Below, piece by piece: positions 46,328 through 55,795 of a stretch of DNA of 64,000 nucleotides; the first letter of the stretch is position 1, and every line of letters starts with the position of its first letter. Position numbers and translations under genes: made by a program. The DNA lies in the NCBI GenBank assembly GCA_038057845.1, contig JBBUCK010000041.1, positions 1,042 to 65,041 on the forward strand, read 5' to 3'. This DNA comes from Patescibacteria group bacterium. Lineage in GTDB: Bacteria > Patescibacteriota > Minisyncoccia > Phycocordibacterales > JAGLPS01. The notes under the pieces were generated by a model. It did not search any database. It was not told the DNA's origin and saw only the letters and a program-made list of their open reading frames with translations.

Positions 46328-47377
46328 GTGGATGTGACCCCTATAGAGATTTCCGAAAACACGCCCCTTAAACTTCTTAATACATTTAAGACGGGTGGCA
46401 ACGCTTGTTATTTTGTTGATGTTTCAACAATTAAACAGTTAATACAGGCAGTTTCTTTTGCACAAAAAAGAAGTTTGCCAATTTTTATCCTAGGTGAAGG
46501 TTCTAATATTCTTATTTCAGATGAAGGTTTTGATGGTCTTGTTATACGTATGAAGATTTCCGGTATTACATTCCAAAATGAAACAGAAGAAAAAATCGAG
46601 GTGAGGGTTGGGGCAGGAGAGCATTGGGATTTTTTTGTGGAGCACATGGTTTCAAAAGGTTTGTATGGAATCGAAAATCTTTCTGGTATTCCTGGAAGTG
46701 TTGGTGCAGCACCAGTTCAGAACATTGGTGCCTATGGTGTTGAAGCAAAAGATTCTATTCTCTTTGTTGATGTGTTTGATATAGAAGATACAAAAATAAA
46801 AAAGATTTCTTCTCCTGATTGTAATTTTTCTTATCGTGATAGTATTTTTAAAACCGAAAAAGGTAAAAAATATATTATTGTATCTGTTACGTTCCTCCTA
46901 AAAAAACACAAAAACCTTTCTACGGATTATCGAGACCTTGCCCTTTATCTTAAAGAAAGAGATATAACACATCCTTCCTTGCAGGACATACGGAATGCAA
47001 TTCTTGAAATCCGTAAGCAAAAACTTCCTTCTCTTGCCGATTACGGCACAGCTGGGTCATTTTTTAAAAATATTATTATTCAAGATAGAGAATTTAAGTT
47101 ACTGAAAGAAAGATTTCCCAAAATACCTTCGTTTCTCGCAGAAGTAGGAAAAGTAAAGATTCCTACTGCATGGGTATTTGATAATATTTGTAATTTAAAA
47201 GGCTTACGAGAAGGCAATGTGGGTGTATATGAAAGACAAGCACTTGTTCTTGTGACGTTTGGGAATGCTACTTCTCTTGAAGTAAAAAACTTATCTGATT
47301 TTATTATTGAAGAAGTAAAAAAGAAAACGGGTTTACTTCTCGAGCGCGAGGTGCAACTCGTTGGAATGTTTGATTAA
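46328..47377 (+). CDS. murB: UDP-N-acetylenolpyruvoylglucosamine reductase
   Basis: NTFKTGG, LGEGSNIL, ENLSGIPGSVGAAPVQNIGAYG, FSYRDSIFK, TAGSFFKN, LEREV. Confidence 0.95.
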   Translation: MDVTPIEISENTPLKLLNTFKTGGNACYFVDVSTIKQLIQAVSFAQKRSLPIFILGEGSNILISDEGFDGLVIRMKISGITFQNETEEKIEVRVGAGEHWDFFVEHMVSKGLYGIENLSGIPGSVGAAPVQNIGAYGVEAKDSILFVDVFDIEDTKIKKISSPDCNFSYRDSIFKTEKGKKYIIVSVTFLLKKHKNLSTDYRDLALYLKERDITHPSLQDIRNAILEIRKQKLPSLADYGTAGSFFKNIIIQDREFKLLKERFPKIPSFLAEVGKVKIPTAWVFDNICNLKGLREGNVGVYERQALVLVTFGNATSLEVKNLSDFIIEEVKKKTGLLLEREVQLVGMFD

Positions 47378-47574
47378 ATATTTTTTTGGAAAATAAAGTT
47401 ATCAACATATTTGTGATATAAAACATTGTGTTGCGCATCTTCCTATTTCATAATTAAGACAAGGTCGTAGGAAATTCTATCCTGAATACAACTGAAGGAT
47501 AAAATTTCAAGATCACGCTCTCCAAGCGTTTAGAAGTAATTTTTATCAATCGTACGATTGATTACAAAATAAAA

Positions 47575-47655
47575 ATGGCAAAGAAAAGAAAAGTTGCTAA
47601 AAAGCGAAAGCCAGCAGCAAAGAGAAAGAAAGCAACTAAGAAGAAGCGAAGATAG
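47575..47655 (+). CDS. 26-aa Lys/Arg/Ala-rich basic microprotein (histone H1/protamine-like), not in the ORF track
   Basis: MAKKRKVAKKRKPAAKRKKATKKKRR*; alone in the intergenic region, followed by a strong terminator. Confidence 0.7.
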   Translation: MAKKRKVAKKRKPAAKRKKATKKKRR

Positions 47656-47679
47656 TTTTCTCTCCTTGGTCTAACGCTT

Positions 47680-47711
47680 AAACAATCCGCCTTCTCGGCG
47701 GATTGTTTTTT
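47680..47711 (+). terminator. Rho-independent terminator
   Basis: AAACAATCCGCC-TTCTC-GGCGGATTGTTT followed by a T run. Confidence 0.85.
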
Positions 47712-47787
47712 GCTGTTCCTTTTTCTTTTCTTCCAGTTAGAGTGAAAATTTGCTTTTCAAAAATCTTGCGGAACCTGATGAAGGCGA

Positions 47788-47824
47788 CCTGCCCGACTTG
47801 CTTCGCAACTCGAAGCGGGCGGGG
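47788..47824. repeat. REP-like palindrome related to the CCTG-CCCG family
   Basis: CCTGCCCGAC TTGCTTCG CAACT CGAAGCGG GCGGGG. Confidence 0.5.
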
Positions 47825-47920
47825 CAGAGAATCAGCCTGAGGCTGATATCGTGTTTTTGAAAAGCAAAGTTTGAGTGGTTAATTAGTCTTAGGGTTTTTT
47901 TTGTGGTACAGTTGTCTATC

Positions 47921-50431
47921 ATGTTTTCTTTTCAGAGCCTTTTTGGCACAAAAGAAGCTCGTGAGCTTAAAGCCCTATATCCCATTGTTGCAAAGGTCAA
48001 CGGTCTTGAACCACAAATGGCAGCTTTTTCTGATGATGGTTTAAAAGCTAAAACCCAAGAATTTAAAAATCGTTTAAACCAAGGCGAAATACTCGACAGT
48101 ATTTTGCCAGAAGCATTTGCTGTAGTCCGCGAGGCTTCTAAACGCACACTTGGCGAACGTCACTTTGATGTCCAACTTCTTGGAGGAATGGTTCTTCATC
48201 AAGGAGGTATTGCTGAAATGAAAACGGGAGAAGGGAAGACTCTTGTGGCAACGTTGCCTACGTATCTTAATGCTTTAACAGGGAAAGGAGTTCATGTTGT
48301 TACTGTTAACGATTATCTTTCTCGTCGTGACGCAGTATGGATGGGACAAATTTACTCTTCCCTGGGGCTTTCTGTTGGAGTAATTAATCACGAAACATCT
48401 TATCTCTACGACAAAACTCATACAGAAAAAGATAAGGAGCGTGACCAAGTTGGGTCATTTAAGGTTGTGTATGATTTTTTGAGAGAATGCAATCGTCAGG
48501 AAGCGTATGCTGCGGATATTACGTATGGAACAAATAATGAATTCGGCTTTGATTATCTTCGCGACAATCTTGAAGTTGACGCAAAACGTTTGCGACAAAG
48601 GGAATATCGCTATGCGATAGTTGACGAAATAGACTCTATTCTGATTGATGAAGCGCGTACTCCTTTGATTATCTCTGCGCCAACCGTTGATTCAGAGAAT
48701 TTGTATCATACGTTCGCAAAAATTGGCCGTGAACTGAAAGAAGGAGAAGATTATGAGGTTGACGAAAAACTTAAGGCGATTACATTAACTGATGCTGGTA
48801 TTTCACATGCAGAAAAGATACTTGGCATAGAAAACATTTATACAGAAAAAGGGGTCAAATATGTTCATCACCTCGAGCTTTCTGTGAGAGCAAAAGCACT
48901 TTTTCATAATAATAAAGAATATGTCATTCGAGATGGAGAGGTTGTCATTGTTGATGAATTTACTGGGCGCTTACAGCCTGGAAGACGTTGGTCTGAAGGC
49001 TTGCATCAAGCGATTGAGGCCAAAGAGGGTGTAGAAATACAGAAAGAATCACGTACCTTTGCTTCTATTACCTTTCAAAATTATTTCCGAATGTACAAAA
49101 AACTTTCGGGAATGACTGGTACCGCGCTCACGTCAGCTGAAGAGTTTTATAAAGTTTATGGTCTACCTGTAGTGTCCATTCCGACAAATAAACCTATCGC
49201 TCGAAAAGACCACGATGATTTTATTTTCCAAACTGAAAAGGGAAAGTTTAAGGCGGTAGCGCGTAAAATAAAAGAACTCAACGCTAAAAATCAACCGGTT
49301 CTTATTGGCACAGTTTCAATTGAAAAAAATGAATTACTTTCTGAATATCTGAAACGTGAAGGCGTTTCTCATGAGGTTCTTAATGCCAAAAATAATGAAC
49401 GTGAAGGTGAAATCATTGCCCAAGCGGGCCGCAGGGGCGCGGTAACAATTGCCACGAACATGGCTGGTCGTGGCGTTGACATCAAGCTTGGAGGAAATCC
49501 GGCAACGGAAGAAGAGCGCGCCGAAGTAAGAACCGTCGGTGGACTTTTTGTCATTGGCACTGAACGACATGAAGCTCGTCGTATCGATAACCAGCTTCGC
49601 GGGCGGTCCGGACGACAGGGAGATTCCGGCGAAACGCAGTTTTTTGTTTCTTTAGAAGACTCGCTTATGCGTGTTTTTGCTTCTGACAACATCAAACAAA
49701 TGATGGGGAAATTTGGTATTCCGGAAGATGAGCCAATCCAAAACGGGCTTATTACCCGTTCGCTTGAAGCCGCGCAGAGAAAAATCGAAGGGTTTAATTT
49801 TGATGCCCGAAAGCACATTCTTGAATTTGATGACGTGTTGAATTATCAACGCACTATCATTTACGGTCGCCGTCGGGGAATTCTCGCAGGGGGTGTTTCG
49901 TCAATCGATGACTATCTGCAATCACTCAATGTTGTTGCCACTGACGAACAAAAGGCGGTTATTGAAGAGAAAAGAAAAGAGCTTTCCGATGAACACTTTA
50001 CCTACATGCTTCGCGCGCTTATCTTGCAAGCCATTGATACATTCTGGGTTGACCACCTTGAAATGATGGATTATCTGCGTGGAAGCGTTAATCTTCGCGC
50101 GTACGGCCAAAGAGATCCTTTGGTTGAGTACAAAAGGGAAGGTCTTCAACTTTTTAAGCAGATGGAAGCTTCAGTGAAAGAGCAAGTGCTTCATTTACTT
50201 CCTAATCTTAAAAAAGAAGCAATGACTAATGCTTTACCACAGGAAATGGAGCAAGTTTCTCGTCAGGCCAATTTAATTCTTGGTTCTGAAAGCACAAAGG
50301 CTGTTCCTGCACAGTTCAAAGACACAGGAAGAAATGACCCATGTCCGTGCGGAGCGATTAATCCAGAAACTGGTCAAGTGTATAAATATAAGAAATGTGG
50401 CCTAATCAATGCCCCACATCACAGGAAGTAA
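47921..50431 (+). CDS. secA: Preprotein translocase subunit SecA
   Basis: EMKTGEGKT, VTVNDYL, VDEIDSILIDEARTPLIIS, ATNMAGRGVDI, RRIDNQLRGRSGRQG, GRNDPCPCG; ATG 47921 preferred. Confidence 0.97.
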   Translation: MFSFQSLFGTKEARELKALYPIVAKVNGLEPQMAAFSDDGLKAKTQEFKNRLNQGEILDSILPEAFAVVREASKRTLGERHFDVQLLGGMVLHQGGIAEMKTGEGKTLVATLPTYLNALTGKGVHVVTVNDYLSRRDAVWMGQIYSSLGLSVGVINHETSYLYDKTHTEKDKERDQVGSFKVVYDFLRECNRQEAYAADITYGTNNEFGFDYLRDNLEVDAKRLRQREYRYAIVDEIDSILIDEARTPLIISAPTVDSENLYHTFAKIGRELKEGEDYEVDEKLKAITLTDAGISHAEKILGIENIYTEKGVKYVHHLELSVRAKALFHNNKEYVIRDGEVVIVDEFTGRLQPGRRWSEGLHQAIEAKEGVEIQKESRTFASITFQNYFRMYKKLSGMTGTALTSAEEFYKVYGLPVVSIPTNKPIARKDHDDFIFQTEKGKFKAVARKIKELNAKNQPVLIGTVSIEKNELLSEYLKREGVSHEVLNAKNNEREGEIIAQAGRRGAVTIATNMAGRGVDIKLGGNPATEEERAEVRTVGGLFVIGTERHEARRIDNQLRGRSGRQGDSGETQFFVSLEDSLMRVFASDNIKQMMGKFGIPEDEPIQNGLITRSLEAAQRKIEGFNFDARKHILEFDDVLNYQRTIIYGRRRGILAGGVSSIDDYLQSLNVVATDEQKAVIEEKRKELSDEHFTYMLRALILQAIDTFWVDHLEMMDYLRGSVNLRAYGQRDPLVEYKREGLQLFKQMEASVKEQVLHLLPNLKKEAMTNALPQEMEQVSRQANLILGSESTKAVPAQFKDTGRNDPCPCGAINPETGQVYKYKKCGLINAPHHRK

Positions 50432-50437
50432 GAGCGA

Positions 50438-50460
50438 CGTCCCGAGCAAAGTCGAGGGAC
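50438..50460. repeat. Short REP-like palindrome after secA
   Basis: GTCCCGAGCAAAGTCGAGGGAC, with GTCCC/GGGAC ends. Confidence 0.4.
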
Positions 50461-50514
50461 GGAAGTGGAAAGAAGTATAAAAAATGCCATGGTGCATAAG
50501 ACACACACAATTTC

Positions 50515-50817
50515 GTGAAATACAATAAGTTAGTAAGAGACAATATTCCTGATAGTATCCGTAAAAAGGGAGAAAATGTAATTACTCATATTGCGGATGA
50601 AAAAGAGTATTGGCAGAAATTGAAAGAAAAATTAAAAGAAGAAGTTGGAGAGTTTGAGGAAAGTGAAAATATTGAGGAAATTGCCGATATTTTAGAAGTT
50701 CTTGATGCAGTTATAGACTACAAAGGTTTTAATAAAGACGAAATAGAAAAAATAAAAGCAAAGAAGGCAGAGGAGAAAGGAAAATTCAGGAACAGAATTA
50801 TATTGGACGAGTCTTAG
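50515..50817 (+). CDS. MazG-like / phosphoribosyl-ATP pyrophosphohydrolase-like NTP pyrophosphatase
   Basis: YNKLVRDNIP, KLKEEVGEF, EEIADILEV, KAEEKGKF. Confidence 0.8.
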   Translation: MKYNKLVRDNIPDSIRKKGENVITHIADEKEYWQKLKEKLKEEVGEFEESENIEEIADILEVLDAVIDYKGFNKDEIEKIKAKKAEEKGKFRNRIILDES

Positions 50818-50956
50818 TGTAAATATGAAGATGTGACAGGAGTTAAAGTATATTGACAATCTAACATAAATATGCTTGTATATTGTAGGTAATGAAAAGC
50901 AACATAAGGTTGCTTTTTTTGTTCCTTAACAACTTTTTATTTCAAAAAGGAGGGTA

Positions 50957-52795
50957 GTGCATATGTTTTTGATTCTGCTCGTAATCGCAAGTGTTATCGG
51001 CGGGATAGTGGGTGCCCAATTCCTTCCCAAAAGCCTTAACTGGCTTCGTCCATATGTACGTGGAAGTGGTTTTGCGCTCGCATTAGTATGCGCATTTTCC
51101 ACATCTTTTGTCTACGTTGGGCAGGATGAAGCGGGGCATCGCCACAAGATTTACTTTGGTCAAAGTCTCAAAGACGGCAAAATTATTGCCTATAGTGGTG
51201 AGAATGGTCCTCAAGCGGATATTCTTTCTCCGGGATTTTATTTCGAAACCCTTCTTAATGTCATTTATGATGTTAAGAAGGAAAAAGTTGTAACGGTTCC
51301 GGAAAACCATTATGGATATGTTGTTGCTCGTGACGGAATTCCGTTACGCTCTGATCAAACGTATGCTGATGCGTTTGACCCAAATGATGCAGCCAAGATG
51401 ATGAATGACGCGCAATACTTTCTTACCCATGGAGGTCAGAAAGGTCCGCAGACTTCAGTTCTTACTCCCGGTACGCATCGTCTCAACAAGTTTCTTTGGG
51501 ATGTTGTCTCAAAGCCAGCAACAGCAATTCCAACTGGGTTTGTTGGTGTAATCAAATCGAATGTTCACTCACGAGTGGACTTCGGTAATCTTAAAACCGA
51601 CAAGCCTGAAGATTGTACCCCAACGCACAAGCAAACTATTGGAGGAGGAGAACTTGAAGTTCCCCTTGTTCCTGTAGGATGTATTGGTGTTTGGGATAAA
51701 GCACTCAATCCAGGCAATTACTATATTAACCGGGAGGCTTATGATGTTATTCCGGTTGATACTCGTGTTCAAACATGGGAGTACAAGGGGGGATACACCA
51801 AACGCAGTATTGATTTGAGCGTTAGCCAAAAAGGCGAAATTACGCAAACAGAAAAATCAATTGAGGTGTCAGAACCCGACTATGCCGCAGATCGAGCGAT
51901 TTTGGTAAAAGTTGAAGGATGGGATGTTCCGCAGGAATTACGTGTTCTTGTTCAAGTCACTCCTTCATACGCGCCGTTCGTTGTCGCTTCTGTAGGCGGA
52001 TTGCAGGAAGTAGAAGACCGCATTCTCACTCCCGCAATACGTTCAATTGTTCGTAATGTTGCTGGCGAAACAATTAATATCAAGGTTCCTGTGTCTGACG
52101 CTGATGGAAATGTTGTCCTTGACGAAAAAACAGGACAGCAAAAATTCTCTATCAAGAATCGGACCACGCGGGTACTTGATTTAATTGAAAATCGTTCAGC
52201 ACTCGAAGACGAAGTTGAGAAAATGATTCGTCCGGAAGGCCTCAAAGCTGGTGTCGAAATAAAAGAAGTTCGCTTCGGTGATCCTGTTATTCCACCCGAA
52301 CTTCTTGTTGCTCGCCAACGCGAACAACTTGCACAACAGCTTAAGAAAGCCTACTTCGAGGAGCAAATCGCCCAAACTGAACGGACCAAAACCGAACAGG
52401 CAAAAGCGACCGCTGACCAGCAGGGTCGTCTTGTTGAAGCAGAAATTGACCTGAGACGGTCTGAACAATCTGCCCAAGCTCGCAAAAATGAAGGACTTGG
52501 GGAACGTGACAAGTTGAATCTGATTGCGGAAGGTCAGAAAACACAAGCTGAAGTTCTTGGAGCAGATAAGGTGCTAGAACTTCGAAAGTTCGAACTTGTT
52601 ACGGGTCAACTCTTTGCGTTTCTCGACAAACATCCCGAGGTGCTCACTGAAGGTATAAAGAATGCACATAAGTTTGTTTCCGAGACCAGTATCAGTCTTG
52701 GCCAAGACAGTTCAGGACTTTCCGGGCCTGCAGCAATTTTAGGACAATTGCTTGGAGGAAATATAAAAAGTTCGAGTGCTCCTAAAAAGGAATAA
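50957..52795 (+). CDS. SPFH/Band 7 domain membrane protein
   Basis: N-terminal TMs, repeated G-Q-x-L-PG motifs, SPFH core (LTPAIRSIVRNV), coiled-coil C-terminus; GGAGG upstream. Confidence 0.8.
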   Translation: MHMFLILLVIASVIGGIVGAQFLPKSLNWLRPYVRGSGFALALVCAFSTSFVYVGQDEAGHRHKIYFGQSLKDGKIIAYSGENGPQADILSPGFYFETLLNVIYDVKKEKVVTVPENHYGYVVARDGIPLRSDQTYADAFDPNDAAKMMNDAQYFLTHGGQKGPQTSVLTPGTHRLNKFLWDVVSKPATAIPTGFVGVIKSNVHSRVDFGNLKTDKPEDCTPTHKQTIGGGELEVPLVPVGCIGVWDKALNPGNYYINREAYDVIPVDTRVQTWEYKGGYTKRSIDLSVSQKGEITQTEKSIEVSEPDYAADRAILVKVEGWDVPQELRVLVQVTPSYAPFVVASVGGLQEVEDRILTPAIRSIVRNVAGETINIKVPVSDADGNVVLDEKTGQQKFSIKNRTTRVLDLIENRSALEDEVEKMIRPEGLKAGVEIKEVRFGDPVIPPELLVARQREQLAQQLKKAYFEEQIAQTERTKTEQAKATADQQGRLVEAEIDLRRSEQSAQARKNEGLGERDKLNLIAEGQKTQAEVLGADKVLELRKFELVTGQLFAFLDKHPEVLTEGIKNAHKFVSETSISLGQDSSGLSGPAAILGQLLGGNIKSSSAPKKE

Positions 52796-52808
52796 AAAGT
52801 TAATTAGT

Positions 52809-52847
52809 AAGGGCGCGTATGATTTTTATACGCGCCCTTTTCTTTTT
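52809..52847 (+). terminator. Rho-independent terminator
   Basis: AAGGGCGCGTAT/ATACGCGCCCTT stem followed by TTCTTTTT. Confidence 0.8.
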
Positions 52848-52863
52848 GATATGATAAGTAAAC

Positions 52864-53511
52864 ATGATTGCAAGCGTTATTACTTTTATGCAGACATATC
52901 TTCTTCCGCTTGGCGGGGGGGGAGTTTTTTTGGCTACGATTATTGAGGAAGTTATTGCGCCAATTCCTTCAGCTCTTGTTGTTTTAACGGCTGCATTTTT
53001 TCTTCCCATACATGGCGGATGGTCTCCCGAGTTTTTCTCCAGCCTATTTTTCATTGTTGTAATTCCTTCCGCCCTTGGCGTAGCAATTGGCTCTCTTGCG
53101 GTATATGGACTTGCGTATGTAAGTGGTAAACCTGCGATTGAAAAATGGGGAAAGTGGCTTGGGGTGAGCTGGCAGGATATTGAAAAAGCGCAAGAAAAGT
53201 TAAAAACTACAAAAAAAGATGAAATTACAATTCTCATTCTTCGCGCAATTCCACTCGTACCTTCAGTAGTTATTTCAGCTTTTTGCGGTGTTACTCGTAT
53301 GGCTCTATGGTCTTACCTCATCGTTTCCTTTATCGGTGCCGCTATTCGCGCTTTTATTCTTGGACTTATTGGGTCAAAAGTGGGGGAGCTTTATTTTCTA
53401 TATGCACAGTATTTCGAACGTTTTGAAAAAATAGTTCTTACGATTGTTGTTTTAGTGGTTGTAACTTTTGTACTTTTCCGAATTAAGAAACAAAAAAAGG
53501 TTTCCATCTAG
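52864..53511 (+). CDS. DedA/VTT family membrane protein
   Basis: EEVIAPIPS, G...GSL..Y, RAIPLVPS. Confidence 0.85.
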   Translation: MIASVITFMQTYLLPLGGGGVFLATIIEEVIAPIPSALVVLTAAFFLPIHGGWSPEFFSSLFFIVVIPSALGVAIGSLAVYGLAYVSGKPAIEKWGKWLGVSWQDIEKAQEKLKTTKKDEITILILRAIPLVPSVVISAFCGVTRMALWSYLIVSFIGAAIRAFILGLIGSKVGELYFLYAQYFERFEKIVLTIVVLVVVTFVLFRIKKQKKVSI

Positions 53512-53623
53512 CCTGCCCGCCAAACTTTATTACAGAAATGCAGGTAATAGAGAGTGAAGTATACTTTTAAGATAAACTTTCTTTAATTGCTTGTATCCAA
53601 TTCGACGATAAAGTTAGGCGGGT
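53512..53623. mobile_element. MITE/REP-like palindromic element, CCTG-CCCGCC...GGCGGG-T family (long form)
   Basis: CCTG foot, 15-bp IR 53516-53530/53608-53622 (14/15), inner stem ATGCAGGTAAT/ATTGCTTGTAT. Confidence 0.65.
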
Positions 53624-53783
53624 CTTGTACTGTTGTTAAAAGCTCTATAATATAGGCGTATATGTATCCCGTTCCCGTCCGTAGTTACGTAATACGTTAA
53701 GTCATATGTATGAATACAAGTCGAGTAAATTTTTACAAGAATAAACACACGGGACAGGAAGAGCGCGTCCTGTCTCTAATGGA

Positions 53784-54158
53784 ATGAAAAAATACATTGT
53801 TCCCATTATCGTTATTCTTGTTGCTATTTCAGTTACGGTTGTTCTTATGGTAGCTCCGGAGAAAACAGGAAAACTTGACCAATTCGCAACATGTCTTAAA
53901 GAAAAGGGCGCACAATTTTACGGAGCGTTTTGGTGTCCTCACTGTCAAAATCAAAAGGCCCTTTTTGGACGTTCCGCAAAGAAACTTCCCTATATTGAGT
54001 GTTCAATGCCAGATACCAAAAGTCAGCTTCAGATTTGTAAAGACAAAGGCATTGCCACATATCCGACATGGGATTTCGCGAATGGCGAACGGATAACGGG
54101 TGTCATTAATCTCGAGTCTTTGTCGCAGAAAACAGGCTGTGAACTTCCTCAAGAATAA
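53784..54158 (+). CDS. Membrane-anchored thioredoxin-like protein (similar to the VKOR-associated Trx domain)
   Basis: FYGAFWCPHCQNQK, YIEC, YPTW. Confidence 0.85.
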   Translation: MKKYIVPIIVILVAISVTVVLMVAPEKTGKLDQFATCLKEKGAQFYGAFWCPHCQNQKALFGRSAKKLPYIECSMPDTKSQLQICKDKGIATYPTWDFANGERITGVINLESLSQKTGCELPQE

Positions 54159-54703
54159 TGTTTACTTCTCCTTTTCTTAGCGTTCAAATTCTTTCTTCAC
54201 TCATTCTATTGGGCGATATTCTTTTTTTTGTTCTTCTCCTTTTGTTTTTCTTCGGTAAGGGTGAAATATATAAAAAAGTTTTCAGTTTTTTGGGGCATTA
54301 CGCTCTCCATGCGGGCACTTTGATTTCTTTCGGGGCTTTGGCGGGCTCTCTCTTGTTTTCAAATGCAATTGGTTTTGTCCCGTGCGAGCTTTGTTGGGTT
54401 CAGCGTATTTTCATTTATCCTCAAGCACTCCTTTTTGCCATCGCTCTGTATAAAAAAGATGAAGCGGTAGTTGATTACAGTTTAGCTCTTTCTTCTCTCG
54501 GTTTGATTGTTGCGCTCTATCATTCATACATTCAGTGGGGAGGGGGCTCTCTTATTCCATGCACAGCCGAAGGTGCCGAATGCTCAAAAATTTTCTTTAT
54601 GGAATTTGGATATATTACTATTCCCGTAATGTCCTTAACGGCATTTGCCTACCTACTTCTTCTTATGTTTATTCGTAAGCGTTTTTCTGCGGGAAAGATC
54701 TGA
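54158..54703 (+). CDS. dsbB: Disulfide bond formation protein B (BdbC-like)
   Basis: PCELCWVQRIFIYP, second Cys pair PC...C, FGYITIP. Confidence 0.85.
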   Translation: MFTSPFLSVQILSSLILLGDILFFVLLLLFFFGKGEIYKKVFSFLGHYALHAGTLISFGALAGSLLFSNAIGFVPCELCWVQRIFIYPQALLFAIALYKKDEAVVDYSLALSSLGLIVALYHSYIQWGGGSLIPCTAEGAECSKIFFMEFGYITIPVMSLTAFAYLLLLMFIRKRFSAGKI

Positions 54704-54731
54704 TTTCTTGTGATATTATTTAGAGATTCTT

Positions 54732-55787
54732 ATGCCGACCGAAAATAATATCCATCGGCTTCAGTTATATTTTTTCTTTAGCCTTATTTTAGGAGCATCT
54801 CTCCTAACGTTTTTTATTTTTAAACCATATTTGCCAATTCTATTTCTCGCCCTTGTTTTTGCGGTTGTGTTTGAACCAATCCATAAATATATCGTTCGTC
54901 TAACAGGTAAAAGAGAGGGAATTGCTGCGTTTATTTCTGTCGTTCTTATTTTTCTTCTCATTCTTATTCCTCTTATTTTCTTTGGTATTCTTCTTTTCCA
55001 GGAGGCGAGCAATGTCTATGTAGAACTTGAAACAAGTACGGGTGTAAGTACTCTTGATGTCGCGCTCAACAAAGTGGAGGTGTTTGTCGAAGACCTTATT
55101 CCAAATTTATCGTGGAATGTTAAAGAACACATAGATTTTCGTAATTATGCAGAACAGGGACTATTGTGGGTGTTGGATAATTTTGGCCCATTCTTTTCCG
55201 GAGTGCTCCGTGGTCTCATCGGACTTTTTTTTCTAATGATTGCTCTTTTCTATTTTTTGAAGGATGGAAGATGGTTTCTTGATAGTCTCATATCCATAAG
55301 TCCACTGCCGAACGGTAGTGACAGAGAGATTCTGCAAAAGTTAAAACGGGCAGTGCGTTCGGTTGTGAACGGTTACCTTCTTATTGCTGTACTCCAAGGA
55401 CTTCTTACTGGTATTGGCTTTGCAATATTTTCTGTACCAAATCCTGTGTTGTGGTCTTTCGTTACCATGATCGTGTCTTTTCTTCCTCTTATTGGTATTA
55501 GCCTTGTTTTTGCGCCTGCAATTGTTATTCTTCTCCTTGCGGGGAATATTTTCGCAGCATTCGGCCTTTTTCTTTGGTCTGTATGTATTGTTGGTATTGT
55601 TGATAATATTCTTGGCCCAATATTTATTGAGCGGGGTGTTAATATTCATCCTTTCCTTATTCTTGTTTCAATCGTTGGTGGACTTGAAGTCTTTGGTCCG
55701 GTCGGATTTATCGCTGGACCAGTAGTATTGAGCCTATTGTTCGCATTACTTGAAATGCATGTTTTAATGTTTAAAAAGAGAATATAA
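54732..55787 (+). CDS. AI-2E family transporter
   Basis: LFYFLKDG, QGLLTG, DNIL.P, HP...GG...FG..G...GP. Confidence 0.88.
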   Translation: MPTENNIHRLQLYFFFSLILGASLLTFFIFKPYLPILFLALVFAVVFEPIHKYIVRLTGKREGIAAFISVVLIFLLILIPLIFFGILLFQEASNVYVELETSTGVSTLDVALNKVEVFVEDLIPNLSWNVKEHIDFRNYAEQGLLWVLDNFGPFFSGVLRGLIGLFFLMIALFYFLKDGRWFLDSLISISPLPNGSDREILQKLKRAVRSVVNGYLLIAVLQGLLTGIGFAIFSVPNPVLWSFVTMIVSFLPLIGISLVFAPAIVILLLAGNIFAAFGLFLWSVCIVGIVDNILGPIFIERGVNIHPFLILVSIVGGLEVFGPVGFIAGPVVLSLLFALLEMHVLMFKKRI

Positions 55788-55795
55788 CAATTGTT

